Assembly (NCBI GenBank): GCA_030835135.1
Contig: JAUQWO010000075.1
Location: forward strand, 149,330 to 213,329
Direction: 5' to 3'
Source of the DNA: Bacteroidota bacterium
Lineage (GTDB): Bacteria > Bacteroidota > Ignavibacteria > UBA10030 > UBA6906
DNA length: 64,000 nt
Below the pieces are notes generated by a model. The model was not told where the DNA came from. It was given only the letters and a program-made list of their open reading frames with translations, and did no database searches. Both the position numbers and the translations under genes were made by a program. Below are positions 1-10,748 of this stretch, in pieces. The stretch's first letter is position 1. The number at the start of each line of letters is the position of its first letter.

Positions 1-134
1 ACGGCAAGAAGGTTGCCCCCGAAGTAAAGGTTGGCGACAAGGTTCTCTACGGCAAGTACTCGGGCACGGAAGTGACCGTGGAAGGCGAAGAGTACCTGAT
101 CATGCGCGAAGCGGATATCTTTGCGATCGTGTAG
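1..134 (+). CDS. groES: Co-chaperonin GroES, C-terminal fragment (5' end outside window)
   Basis: Frame-3 translation [43 protein letters not shown] is a classic GroES C-terminus; stop TAG at 132-134; lies 46 bp upstream of groEL. Confidence 0.9.
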   Translation, partial: GKKVAPEVKVGDKVLYGKYSGTEVTVEGEEYLIMREADIFAIV

Positions 135-156
135 TCACCCGGACATCAGAATCTGA

Positions 157-1827
<1,671 letters not shown>

Positions 1828-1857
1828 GCCCCGGCGCACTCTGCAGTACGCAACACG

Positions 1858-1905
1858 CACACCCCCGGTCCCGCAAAGCGGGATCGGGGGTGTTGCATTT
1901 CTGTG
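1858..1905 (+). terminator. Intrinsic terminator-like hairpin after groEL
   Basis: ~16-bp imperfect stem (CACACCCCCGGTCCCGC / GCGGGATCGGGGGTGT) with loop AAA, followed by TGCATTTCTGTG, 30 bp after the groEL stop. Confidence 0.5.
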
Positions 1906-2086
1906 CCACCCGCGCGTGGCGTGACCGCGCACGGCATGCGCACGTGTGCAGTGGTTCCGGAGGCACAGGATTCTCCGCATGCGCCCGCCAGCGGTAGGTT
2001 CGGTGACCGCGGACGTGTCAGCGAGCGCACGCGGGGAACGGTCGCATCGCCCTGCGTGTTGTCATAGCACCACGTCTGGAGTCCGG

Positions 2087-2602
2087 ATGCCCCTCTCGAT
2101 TCACGAGTATCTTGCCACCGATCACGACCGCCTCGAACGTCTCCTGGATGAGGCGACCGCGGGGAACGCGATCGCGCTGGAACCGTATGAGCAGTTCCGA
2201 CGCGGCATCCTGCGGCACATCGGGATCGAGGAACGCATCCTGATCCCGGCCATCCTCCAGGCGCAGGGCAGCACCCCTTCACCCGATGCAGAGCGTCTCC
2301 GTCTGGATCACGGCGCGATCGTGGCACTCCTGGTACCCCCACCCAACGCCGCCATCATCAGAACCCTGCGGCATATCCTCGGTCCGCATAATATTCTCGA
2401 GGAAGGCGAGAAGGGGATCTACCGCGTCCTGGACACCCTGGACGGCCCCAACACCGCGGCATTGGTTGCGAAAATGAAAGCCGCGGGCGAGGTGCCGGTG
2501 ATGCCCTTCAACACAAAACCCGATGTGCTCGAGGTGACGAAGCGGGCCCTTGCACGGGCAGGCTACGTGTTGCTCGAAGAAGGGCACGCAGATTTCACTT
2601 GA
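2087..2602 (+). CDS. Hemerythrin-like (HHE cation-binding domain) protein
   Basis: 172 aa starting at MPLSIHEY with GGAG 5 nt upstream. Repeated H-x3-E motifs (DHDRLERLL, RHIGIEERIL, LDHGAIV, GPHNILEEGE). The ORF-track start at 1946 has no RBS and adds an Arg-rich leader. Confidence 0.55.
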   Translation: MPLSIHEYLATDHDRLERLLDEATAGNAIALEPYEQFRRGILRHIGIEERILIPAILQAQGSTPSPDAERLRLDHGAIVALLVPPPNAAIIRTLRHILGPHNILEEGEKGIYRVLDTLDGPNTAALVAKMKAAGEVPVMPFNTKPDVLEVTKRALARAGYVLLEEGHADFT

Positions 2603-2627
2603 CATGGACAATGAGAATCTGTATATT
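2599..2627 (+). promoter_or_regulatory. Sigma-70-type promoter TTGACA-N17-TATATT for the tetR-efflux operon
   Basis: -35 TTGACA at 2599-2604 (overlaps the hemerythrin stop), exact 17-nt spacer, -10 TATATT at 2622-2627, directly abutting operator site 1. Confidence 0.5.
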
Positions 2628-2655
2628 GGAAACCAGAGAAACGAAGTGAGTTTCC
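2628..2655 (+). promoter_or_regulatory. Operator-like inverted repeat GGAAAC-N16-GTTTCC (site 1)
   Basis: GGAAACCAGAGAAACGAAGTGAGTTTCC immediately downstream of the -10 element. Near-identical copy 65 bp downstream. Typical TetR-family palindromic operator geometry. Confidence 0.5.
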
Positions 2656-2692
2656 CGCGGCCTTCTGCATGCGGGATTTTGTTTGGTTTCGT

Positions 2693-2720
2693 GGAAACCA
2701 AAGAAACGTGAGGAGTTTCC
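2693..2720 (+). promoter_or_regulatory. Operator-like inverted repeat GGAAAC-N16-GTTTCC (site 2, overlaps tetR RBS)
   Basis: GGAAACCAAAGAAACGTGAGGAGTTTCC; contains the GAGGAG Shine-Dalgarno sequence 7 nt upstream of the GTG start at 2724. Confidence 0.5.
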
Positions 2721-2723
2721 GTA

Positions 2724-3356
2724 GTGACGCCTATCGAAGAAGAAACCTCCGCCAAGAACAGGATCATGGATCACGCAATGGTCCAGTTCCACCAGGCCGG
2801 CTTCGCCCGCGTGTCCGTTGAAGAGATCACGTCGGCACTCGGAATGAGCAAGAAGACCTTCTACAAGTATTTCGAAAGTAAAGAGGACCTCGTGCACCAG
2901 ATCGTCCTCCGGATCACCGGCGACATCACCGTCCAGATCGACTCGGTCATCACGGCCGACCGACCGTTCGTCCTCAAACTGAATGGATTGATCTCCGTCC
3001 TGCACGCACGCTTCACCAGGCTCAGCACTCCGCTCCTGCGCGACCTCCAGATCCACACACCCGCCATCTGGTCGTACATCCAGGAGTTCCGACGGACCAA
3101 GATCATCGCGGTGTGGAGCCGCCTCATCGTCCAGGGCCAACAGGAGGGCTTCATCCGCCCCGAGATCAACCCGCGCCTCCTCCTCCTGTCCATCATCGGT
3201 GTCGTCGATTCCGTCGTCAACCCGCATACCCTCGCCGAAGAGTCGTTCTCCACCGAGGAAGCCATGCGGGGGATCATCGACATGCTCTTCCGCGGCATCC
3301 TCACACCGGATGCCGTCCGTGATATTGAAGTTCTCCATGTGACACAACACTCATAG
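2724..3356 (+). CDS. TetR/AcrR family transcriptional regulator
   Basis: 210 aa (GTG start; alternative ATG at 2766). N-terminal HTH region RIMDHAMVQFHQAGFARVSVEEITSALGMSKKTFYKYFESKEDLV typical of the TetR family. First gene of the efflux operon. Confidence 0.85.
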   Translation: MTPIEEETSAKNRIMDHAMVQFHQAGFARVSVEEITSALGMSKKTFYKYFESKEDLVHQIVLRITGDITVQIDSVITADRPFVLKLNGLISVLHARFTRLSTPLLRDLQIHTPAIWSYIQEFRRTKIIAVWSRLIVQGQQEGFIRPEINPRLLLLSIIGVVDSVVNPHTLAEESFSTEEAMRGIIDMLFRGILTPDAVRDIEVLHVTQHS

Positions 3357-3364
3357 GACCAGTC

Positions 3365-4303
3365 ATGCGCTCACTCTTCCTGCTTCCCGTTACCGTTGCC
3401 ATCGCACTCCTGGCGGCCGGCTGTTCGAACAACGGCACCGGGACCATCGAGGCCTCGGGCACGATCGAAGGGACCGAGATCAATGTCGCCGCCGAGGTCG
3501 CCGGTCGCATCCTTGCCGTTCCCCGCGACGAAGGCACCCGCGTCCGGCCCGGCGACACCCTCGCGGTCATCAATGATGAAGAATACCGTCTCCAGCTTCG
3601 GCAGGCCGAGGCGAATCTCGCCTCAATGGAAGCGGCGTACCGCCTTGCGCTCGAAGGCTCGCGCAAGGAAGACCTCATTCAGGCCGAAGCTGCCTACGCC
3701 ACCGCGCGCACGGACCATCAGCGCATGAAGGACCTTCTGGCCTCGGCCACGATCACCCAGAAGCAATATGACGATGCCTATGCACGCTTCGTGGCGGCAG
3801 AACAGAATTATCGCAAAGCGAAGACCGGGCTCCGTCCGGAAGAGATCAGCGGTGCACGCGCGCGACGCGATGGCGCGGCGGCGCAGGTGGACCTGCTCCA
3901 CAAGCGCATCCGTGATTGTGCCGTGCGTGCGCCGGCACCCGGTACCCTCACGCTCCGCGCCGTGGAACCCGGCGAGCTCGTCGGCATGGGGAGCAATATC
4001 GCACGCCTGACCTTCCTGGACCGCGTGAAGCTGACGATCTATGTGAACGAGGCCGATCTGGGGCGCGTGGCGCTCGGTCAATCAGCCGACGTGACGATCG
4101 ATACGTTCCCCGGCAAGCCGTTCACCGGTCGTGTGGTGTACATCTCGCCGAACGCAGAGTTCACACCGAAGAACGTGCAAACCAAAGAAGAACGGACGAA
4201 GCTTGTGTTCGCCGTGAAGATCGAGATCGACAATCCCGATGGCGGATTGAAACCCGGCCTGCCGGCCGATGCGGTCCTCCACACCGCGGCGAAGGCGCAG
4301 TGA
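3365..4303 (+). CDS. HlyD-family membrane fusion/periplasmic adaptor lipoprotein
   Basis: 312 aa; signal peptide with lipobox LAAGC; coiled-coil region; C-terminal beta-barrel-like segment (DVTIDTFPGKPFTGRVVYISPNAEFTPKNVQT) typical of HlyD/YbhG-like adaptors. Confidence 0.8.
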   Translation: MRSLFLLPVTVAIALLAAGCSNNGTGTIEASGTIEGTEINVAAEVAGRILAVPRDEGTRVRPGDTLAVINDEEYRLQLRQAEANLASMEAAYRLALEGSRKEDLIQAEAAYATARTDHQRMKDLLASATITQKQYDDAYARFVAAEQNYRKAKTGLRPEEISGARARRDGAAAQVDLLHKRIRDCAVRAPAPGTLTLRAVEPGELVGMGSNIARLTFLDRVKLTIYVNEADLGRVALGQSADVTIDTFPGKPFTGRVVYISPNAEFTPKNVQTKEERTKLVFAVKIEIDNPDGGLKPGLPADAVLHTAAKAQ

Positions 4304-5229
4304 TGAACGCCGCGATCGACACGAACGCACTCTCACGGTCGTTTGGCCCGCTCCCGGCGGTCCGCAACGTGGACCTGACCGTTCATGAAGGAGAGATGTT
4401 CGGCATCGTCGGGCCGGACGGGGCAGGGAAGACCACGCTGATCCGCCTGTTGTGCGGCATCCTCGCTCCCACGTCGGGCACAGCCCGGGTGCTCGGCAAG
4501 GATATCCTCACGGAGTCCGATGCCGTGAAACGCGAGATCGGCTATCTCTCCCAGCGCTTCTCGTTGTACGGCGACCTGACGATCGACGAGAATATCGAGT
4601 TCTTCGCCGAGATCAACGGCGTCTACGATTTCAAGCAGCGCAGGGAAGAGCTGCTCGCCTTCACGCGGCTGACCCCGTTCCGCACGCGCCTTGCGGAACG
4701 CTTGTCCGGCGGTATGAAGCAGAAGCTCGCGCTCGCATGCACGCTCATTCACACGCCGCGCATGATCTTTCTGGATGAACCCACCACGGGCGTGGACCCG
4801 GTGTCGCGCCGCGACTTCTGGAAGATCCTGCAAAGCCTGCTCGGCCAGGGGATCACGATCGTGATGAGTACCCCGTATCTGGACGAAGCCGAGCGCTGTT
4901 CCCGTGTTGCGCTCATGAATTCGGGTGGACTCATGCGCGTGGCCGCACCTGCGGAACTCAAGGCCGCCATGACCGGAACGGTGGTGGAGATCGCCTGCGA
5001 CCGCGTGCGTGATGCGTTCCGGATCCTGAAGGAACAGCGTCCTGCCATCGAGGTCCAGGCATTCGGCGACAGGATCCATGTGGTGCTGCAGGACGCCGCG
5101 ACCGAATTGCCGGACGTCGAACGGTTGCTCGCGGCCGCCGGGGTCGTCGCGTCCTCGCGCCGCACGATCGCGCCATCCCTTGAAAATGTCTTCATCTCCC
5201 TTTTGACACATACCGAAGGTGCTGCATGA
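4304..5229 (+). CDS. ABC transporter ATP-binding protein (single NBD)
   Basis: Start ATG overlaps the upstream stop (TGATG). Walker A GPDGAGKTT; ABC signature LSGGMKQK; Walker B IFLDEPTTGVD. The ORF-track N-terminal extension (from 3916) is in-frame antisense/overlap noise. Confidence 0.85.
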
Positions 5230-6545
5230 AACGCGCTCTCCTGTTCCTCCTGTTCGTCCCGGCGCTGACCCTTGCCGGGCAAGGCTCCGGCCTCACGCTG
5301 GACGATGCCGTTGCGACCGGTCTTGCGCAAAGCCGCACACTTCGCGCCTCGGCAGCGCGCGCCGCGGCGGCGGAGGCCCGTGCCGGTGAAGCGCGCACTG
5401 CCAGCCTGCCCGTGGTGAAGGGCGAGGCCAGCTACCGTCGCCTGAGCGAGGTGGATCCGTTCCAGATCCAGCTCCCCGGCTCACCCAAGCCCATCGTGAT
5501 CTCTCCGGTGGTCCTGGACAACACCGCGTTCCGCGTCAGTCTGCAGCAGCCGCTCTTCACCGGCTTCCGCATCAGCAATAGTATCGAAGGCGCCGAACGG
5601 GGGGCCGAGGCGGCGGGGCTGGACAACACGAACGACAAAGCAGACATGGTCCTTGCCATCACCTCATCGTACTGGTCGTTGTACCAGATGCGGGAGGTCG
5701 AACGCTTCGCCGGCGAGAACGTCACACGGCTCGAACGGTACCTCGCCGATGCCCGGAAACTGATGGAGGCCGGCCTCCTGACCAGGAACGATGTCCTGAA
5801 GATCGAGGTCCAGCTATCGAACGCGCGTCTCGGGCGGATCGATGCAGAGAACGACGCGCGCCTTGCCGCCATGAACCTGAATACCCTCCTCAGCCGGCCG
5901 GTCGATATGCCCGTGGAACTCCTTTCGCAACCGTCCGCGGAGACGTTGCAGACCCGCCCGGCGACGGATTCTCTCACCCGGTCGGCACTCGGGAGCAGAG
6001 CCGACCTGCAGGCGTGGCGGACCCGTGTGGAGGCGTCGCGTGCCGGTGTGCGCGCCGCACAGGCCGGGTGGTGGCCGCAGCTTGCGCTGAGCGGCAGCTA
6101 TATGTATGCGCGCCCCAACAGCCGCATCTTCCCGGTGAAAGATGAATTCAAGGGGACGTGGGATGTCGGCGTGGCGCTTACCATGGACCTCTGGAACTGG
6201 GGGCTGACCGCACGGCAGACCGAAGCCGCGGAAGCAGCCCTCCGCCAGCAGGAATACCTCGCGGCCCAGATGGAAGATGTCGTCGCTCTCGATGTGAACC
6301 GGGCATCGTTGCAGGTGGACCGTGCCGGGCAGCGTGCCGACGTTGCGGCGATCATCCTCGGACAGGCGGAAGAGCAATCGCGCACCACGGAGCAACGGTT
6401 CAAGACCGGTCTGGCAACAGCCACGGACCTTCTGGATGCGGAAGTGTCGCTGCAGCAGGCGAAGACGACCCGGAGCGGCGCCCGCGTGGAATGTGAGATC
6501 GCGCGGGCCCGCCTTACTCGTGCACTCGGAGCTGGCATGCCATGA
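5226..6545 (+). CDS. TolC-family outer membrane efflux protein
   Basis: 439 aa; signal peptide; two-repeat coiled-coil/beta OEP architecture; ATGA overlap with the upstream ATPase. Confidence 0.8.
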   Translation: MKRALLFLLFVPALTLAGQGSGLTLDDAVATGLAQSRTLRASAARAAAAEARAGEARTASLPVVKGEASYRRLSEVDPFQIQLPGSPKPIVISPVVLDNTAFRVSLQQPLFTGFRISNSIEGAERGAEAAGLDNTNDKADMVLAITSSYWSLYQMREVERFAGENVTRLERYLADARKLMEAGLLTRNDVLKIEVQLSNARLGRIDAENDARLAAMNLNTLLSRPVDMPVELLSQPSAETLQTRPATDSLTRSALGSRADLQAWRTRVEASRAGVRAAQAGWWPQLALSGSYMYARPNSRIFPVKDEFKGTWDVGVALTMDLWNWGLTARQTEAAEAALRQQEYLAAQMEDVVALDVNRASLQVDRAGQRADVAAIILGQAEEQSRTTEQRFKTGLATATDLLDAEVSLQQAKTTRSGARVECEIARARLTRALGAGMP

Positions 6546-7507
6546 ACGATCTCGCGATCGACGTCCGCGACCTCACGAAGCGCTTCGGCGCCTTCACGGC
6601 GGTGGACCGGGTTTCGTTCTCCGTGAAGCGTGGCGAGATCTTCGGCTTCCTCGGCGCCAACGGCGCCGGGAAGTCCACCACGATCCGCATGCTGTGCGGA
6701 CTCCTGCAGCCGACCTCCGGTTCCGCCACGGTGGGCGGGTTCGATCTGCTGACGGAGACCGACCGGGTGAAACAGACGATCGGGTATATGTCGCAGCGTT
6801 TTTCCCTCTACGATGACCTCACCGTCGAACAGAACATCCGTTTCTTCGGCGGCGTCTACGGCCTGGAAGGCGAGCGGCTGCGCGCACGCATGGACTGGGT
6901 CCTTGGGATGGCGGACCTCCGGGGGCGCGAGGGGAGTCTCACCCGGACTCTCTCCGGCGGCTGGAAGCAGCGCCTTGCGCTGGGTTGTGCGATCCTCCAT
7001 GAGCCACAGATCGTCTTCCTCGATGAACCGACCGGCGGCGTGGACCCCATCTCCCGCCGCAATTTCTGGGAGCTCATCAATCAGTTGTCGGCCAATGGCG
7101 TGACCGTCCTCGTGACGACGCATTTCCTTGACGAGGCCGAATACTGCAATGATATCATCCTCATCAATGCCGGGGCGCTCATTGCCTCGGGGAGCCCCAC
7201 CGAGCTGAAGACCGAGCACATCCGCACACCGTTGCTGGAGGTGACGTTGGGCGACGGCGAGATCGTGGACGCGCTCGAAAGGATCAGAGTGGAACCCTGG
7301 GCCATCGAAACATCCGTGTTCGGCACACAGCTCCATGTGATGGTGGCCGATGAGGAACGCGGCAGGGCCGACATCCTCCGGGTCCTCGGCGCCCGCACCA
7401 TGCGTGTCGCCGGGATCGAGCGCATCACCCCGTCACTGGAGGATGTCTTCCTGTACCTCCTCGATCACGATGCGGGCCGGCAGTCAACTGAAACCAAGGC
7501 AGGATAG
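6542..7507 (+). CDS. ABC transporter ATP-binding protein (second NBD subunit)
   Basis: Walker A GANGAGKSTT; LSGGWKQR; FLDEPTGGVD; ATGA overlap with TolC. Confidence 0.88.
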   Translation: MNDLAIDVRDLTKRFGAFTAVDRVSFSVKRGEIFGFLGANGAGKSTTIRMLCGLLQPTSGSATVGGFDLLTETDRVKQTIGYMSQRFSLYDDLTVEQNIRFFGGVYGLEGERLRARMDWVLGMADLRGREGSLTRTLSGGWKQRLALGCAILHEPQIVFLDEPTGGVDPISRRNFWELINQLSANGVTVLVTTHFLDEAEYCNDIILINAGALIASGSPTELKTEHIRTPLLEVTLGDGEIVDALERIRVEPWAIETSVFGTQLHVMVADEERGRADILRVLGARTMRVAGIERITPSLEDVFLYLLDHDAGRQSTETKAG

Positions 7508-7510
7508 CCC

Positions 7511-8644
7511 ATGTCTCTCGTACGCAGACTCAAGCCGGTGATCGTCAAAGAGTTCCGGCAGATACGGCGGGACCCGACGTCGCTCGGGATGCTTCTCGTG
7601 CTTCCGGCCGCGATGATCGTCCTCGTCGGTTACGCGCTGAACTTCGATGTGAAACACGTGCCCCTGCTGGTGATGGATCAGAGCAAGACCCCGGAGAGCC
7701 GGGAGTATCTTGCGATGTTCCAGCATTCCGAGCACTTTGCGCTCACCGGCACCCCCTCGACGTATGGAGAGATCGAAGAGGCCTTCCTGCACGGGCAGGC
7801 GAAGATCGCCCTGGTGCTTCCTGTGGATTTCGGGCGCGATCTGTTGGCGGGCCGTGAGGCCACGGTCCAGATGCTGGTCGACGGCGCGGATGCGAATACC
7901 GCCGGCCAGGCGATGGGAAATGCGGTCCGGATGACGATGGATCACTCGAACAGGATCCTGCTCCAGGCGCTCCAGCGTGCCGGACGGAGTGCCTATGTGC
8001 CGGTGGACCTCCAGTCGCGGATCTGGTACAACCCCGACCTGGTCAGCTCGCGATTCCTCGTCCCCGGTTTGATCGGGTTCATCATCATGCTCACGGGCGT
8101 GATCGCGACCTCCATGACCGTCGTCCGTGAGAAGGAACGGGGGACGATGGAGCAGATCATGGTCTCCCCGCTGCAGCCGATCGAGGTCATCCTCGGCAAG
8201 ACCCTGCCGTACATGGCGATCTCCCTGGTGTCCGCGACATTGATCCTCCTCCTCGGCTACGTGCTGTTCGCCATCGAGATAAAAGGGGGACTGCTGCTCC
8301 TGTATGCCGGCATCACGATGATCATCCTCGGCGCGCTCGGACAGGGTCTGCTCATCTCCACGATCACCGACTCCCAGCAGGTGGCCTTCATCATCTCTGT
8401 CTTCTCATCGCTCCTCCCCTCGTTCCTGCTGTCGGGGTTCGTGTTCCCGGTGGCGAGCATGCCCGTGGTCCTGCAGGTGGTCTCCAACATCTCCGTGACC
8501 AAGTTCTTCCTGGTCGTTGTCCGGGGAGTGATGCTGAAGGGCGTGGGGTTCGATGCGGTGTGGGAACAATTCGTCTACATGGCGATCTTCGCGCTCATCA
8601 CACTCGGCATCAGTGTGAAGCGCCTTCAGAAACGCACGCTGTGA
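7511..8644 (+). CDS. ABC-2 type transporter permease
   Basis: 377 aa; N-terminal TM, large periplasmic loop, five C-terminal TM helices; YbhS/YbhR-like. Confidence 0.8.
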   Translation: MSLVRRLKPVIVKEFRQIRRDPTSLGMLLVLPAAMIVLVGYALNFDVKHVPLLVMDQSKTPESREYLAMFQHSEHFALTGTPSTYGEIEEAFLHGQAKIALVLPVDFGRDLLAGREATVQMLVDGADANTAGQAMGNAVRMTMDHSNRILLQALQRAGRSAYVPVDLQSRIWYNPDLVSSRFLVPGLIGFIIMLTGVIATSMTVVREKERGTMEQIMVSPLQPIEVILGKTLPYMAISLVSATLILLLGYVLFAIEIKGGLLLLYAGITMIILGALGQGLLISTITDSQQVAFIISVFSSLLPSFLLSGFVFPVASMPVVLQVVSNISVTKFFLVVVRGVMLKGVGFDAVWEQFVYMAIFALITLGISVKRLQKRTL

Positions 8645-8672
8645 ACGGTCCATCAGTACGGAAGCGCACCCT

Positions 8673-9815
8673 ATGAACGTCAAACGCAGCCTTGCCGTCA
8701 TCCTCGAGATCGTCCGGAAGGAATTCTATCAGATCCGGCAGGACAAGCGCATGCTCGGCCTTTCGATCATGGCCCCCGTGGTCCAGGTGATCCTCCTCGG
8801 GTATGCGGCCACGACGGATATCAAGAACACGACCATGGTGGTCTGCGACCAGGACCGGACCGCCGAGAGCAGGGCCTTTATTGCGACCTTCACATCGTCG
8901 GGCTACTTCGTCCATGGCTACGATGTGGCCACGCCGGACGAGGTGGACCGGTACATCGAGAATGCACGGGCGTCGATGGCACTGGTGATCCCGCGGGGGT
9001 TCGCCGGGGACCTGCTGACCCGGAGGACCTCCACGGTCCAGATCGTGCTGGATGGCACCGATGCCAACACGTCGAACGTGCTTCTCAATTACGCCACCCA
9101 GATCGTCGGCACATTCTCGCAGCGGATCCTGCTCGAGAATGCCATCGCGATCCAGGGTCGATCGGCTGCACGGGTCATTCCGGAACCACGTGTGTGGTTC
9201 AATCCGGATCTGAAGAGCACGAACTTCATGGTCCCCGGCGTGGTGGGGCTGGTCCTGATGATCATCACCATGACGCTGACGGCCCTCGGGATCGTGAAGG
9301 AAAAGGAGATCGGCACCATGGAGCAGTTGCTCGTCACCCCGATCAAGCCGTACCAGCTGATCCTCGGGAAACTCATCCCGTTCACGATCATCGGGTTCCT
9401 GGATGTCCTGATCGTCCTTGCCCTGGCGCACTACTGGTTCGCGGTGCCGCTGCTCGGGAGTCTGCCGCTGCTGTTCGCTCTCAGCGGGTTGTTCATTCTG
9501 ACGACCCTCGGACTGGGACTGTTCGTGTCCACCATCGCGAGGACGCAGCAGCAGGCGATGCTGATCGCGCAGTTCTTCTTCTTCATGCCGTTCATGTTCC
9601 TTTCCGGTTTCACGTTCCCGATCGCCAACATGCCGGACAGCATCCAGGTGTTCACGTACATCATCCCGCTCCGCTATTTCCTCGACATCGTGCGCGGGAT
9701 CTTCCTGAAGGGCACCGGCCTCGGCGAACTGTGGCCGCAGGCGCTGGCGCTGTTCGCGCTGGGTGTGGTGATCTTCTCCTTGAGCGTTGCGCGCTTCCAG
9801 AAGAAGCTGGAATAA
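8673..9815 (+). CDS. ABC-2 type transporter permease (paralog)
   Basis: 380 aa; same architecture as and clearly homologous to the preceding permease. Confidence 0.8.
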   Translation: MNVKRSLAVILEIVRKEFYQIRQDKRMLGLSIMAPVVQVILLGYAATTDIKNTTMVVCDQDRTAESRAFIATFTSSGYFVHGYDVATPDEVDRYIENARASMALVIPRGFAGDLLTRRTSTVQIVLDGTDANTSNVLLNYATQIVGTFSQRILLENAIAIQGRSAARVIPEPRVWFNPDLKSTNFMVPGVVGLVLMIITMTLTALGIVKEKEIGTMEQLLVTPIKPYQLILGKLIPFTIIGFLDVLIVLALAHYWFAVPLLGSLPLLFALSGLFILTTLGLGLFVSTIARTQQQAMLIAQFFFFMPFMFLSGFTFPIANMPDSIQVFTYIIPLRYFLDIVRGIFLKGTGLGELWPQALALFALGVVIFSLSVARFQKKLE

Positions 9816-9866
9816 TTCCCGGGAAATGCCGATGTTGGAGCTTCACGCCACATCACCGGAGTTCCG

Positions 9867-10577
9867 ATGTCCCCGCATCCGTTGGAAGACCTGCTGTACC
9901 CTCCGTTCGCCGGCTTTCCGCCCGAGGCCCTGTCCTTTCTGCGGCGCCTGAAACGGAACAATAGCCGTCCGTGGTTCCAGAAGCACAAGGACGAGTATGA
10001 GGAGAACGTCCGTTTCCCGATGCAGTGCCTGATCGCGAGTCTCGGCCCGCGGATGGCGGATGTGGCCGCGGACTTCGACTTCGATCCGAAGAAATCCATC
10101 TTCCGAATCTACCGCGACACGCGCTTCAGCAACAACAAGACTCCCTACAAGACCAACATCGCTGCCTATTTCCAGGCACGCGGGAAGAAGAGTCCCGCGG
10201 AGCGGCCCGGATTGTACGTGGGCATCGAACCCGGCGAGATCTTCGTCGGCGGCGGGCTCTACATGCCCTCCGGGGAACAGCTCAAGAGCATCCGGAAGTC
10301 GATCGCGGAGAAACCCGACGAGTATCTTTCGGTGATCGAGGACCCGGCATTCACACGGATGTTCGGCGAGGTGATGGGCGACAGGCTGGTGAAGGCGCCG
10401 CTCGGATATCCGAAGGACCACCCCATGATCGCGCACCTGCGGCTGAAGCAGTTCTTCGTGGGGAAGGAGTTCGGTGAGGAGGAGTGCCTCAAGCCGCGGT
10501 TCGTGGATACGGTGGCGAAGTACAGCGCAGGGGCGATGCCGATGATCCGATGGCTGGAACGTGCAGTGAAGGGTTGA
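9867..10577 (+). CDS. DUF2461 (TIGR02453) family conserved hypothetical protein
   Basis: 236 aa; characteristic motifs NNSRPWFQKHKDEYE ... FRIYRDTRFSNNKTPYKTNIAAYF. Confidence 0.7.
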   Translation: MSPHPLEDLLYPPFAGFPPEALSFLRRLKRNNSRPWFQKHKDEYEENVRFPMQCLIASLGPRMADVAADFDFDPKKSIFRIYRDTRFSNNKTPYKTNIAAYFQARGKKSPAERPGLYVGIEPGEIFVGGGLYMPSGEQLKSIRKSIAEKPDEYLSVIEDPAFTRMFGEVMGDRLVKAPLGYPKDHPMIAHLRLKQFFVGKEFGEEECLKPRFVDTVAKYSAGAMPMIRWLERAVKG

Positions 10578-10673
10578 CCTGGGGAGGGCAGAAGGTCCGG
10601 GGTGCGAAGGGGAAGACGGTAGGTGCGGGAGCGGCCAGGGGGATGTGTCTGGAGCATGATCGCAAACGAATCA

Positions 10674-10710
10674 GGCGTCGGAGGTGTTCCGGCGCCTGTT
10701 TCGTTCCTCT
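10674..10710 (+). terminator. Terminator-like hairpin after the DUF2461 gene
   Basis: Stem GGCGTCGG / CCGGCGCC (8 bp, one G-U pair), 7-nt loop, then TGTTTCGTTCCTCT. Confidence 0.4.
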
Positions 10711-10748
10711 GGCGTCTGTGCTGTGGTCCCGGTGGGGACCTGAACAGG

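Noticed and set aside
1946-2086. Upstream start (1946) for the hemerythrin-like ORF
   Set aside because: The leader is Arg/Ser-rich with no RBS and overlaps the groEL terminator hairpin. ATG 2087 has a GGAG 5 nt upstream and begins the conserved domain.
3916-4303. N-terminal 129-aa extension of the ABC ATPase ORF (start at 3916)
   Set aside because: The extension lies inside the HlyD gene in another frame and is Arg-rich. The true start is the ATG at 4304 overlapping the adaptor stop, immediately followed by the conserved NBD N-terminus.
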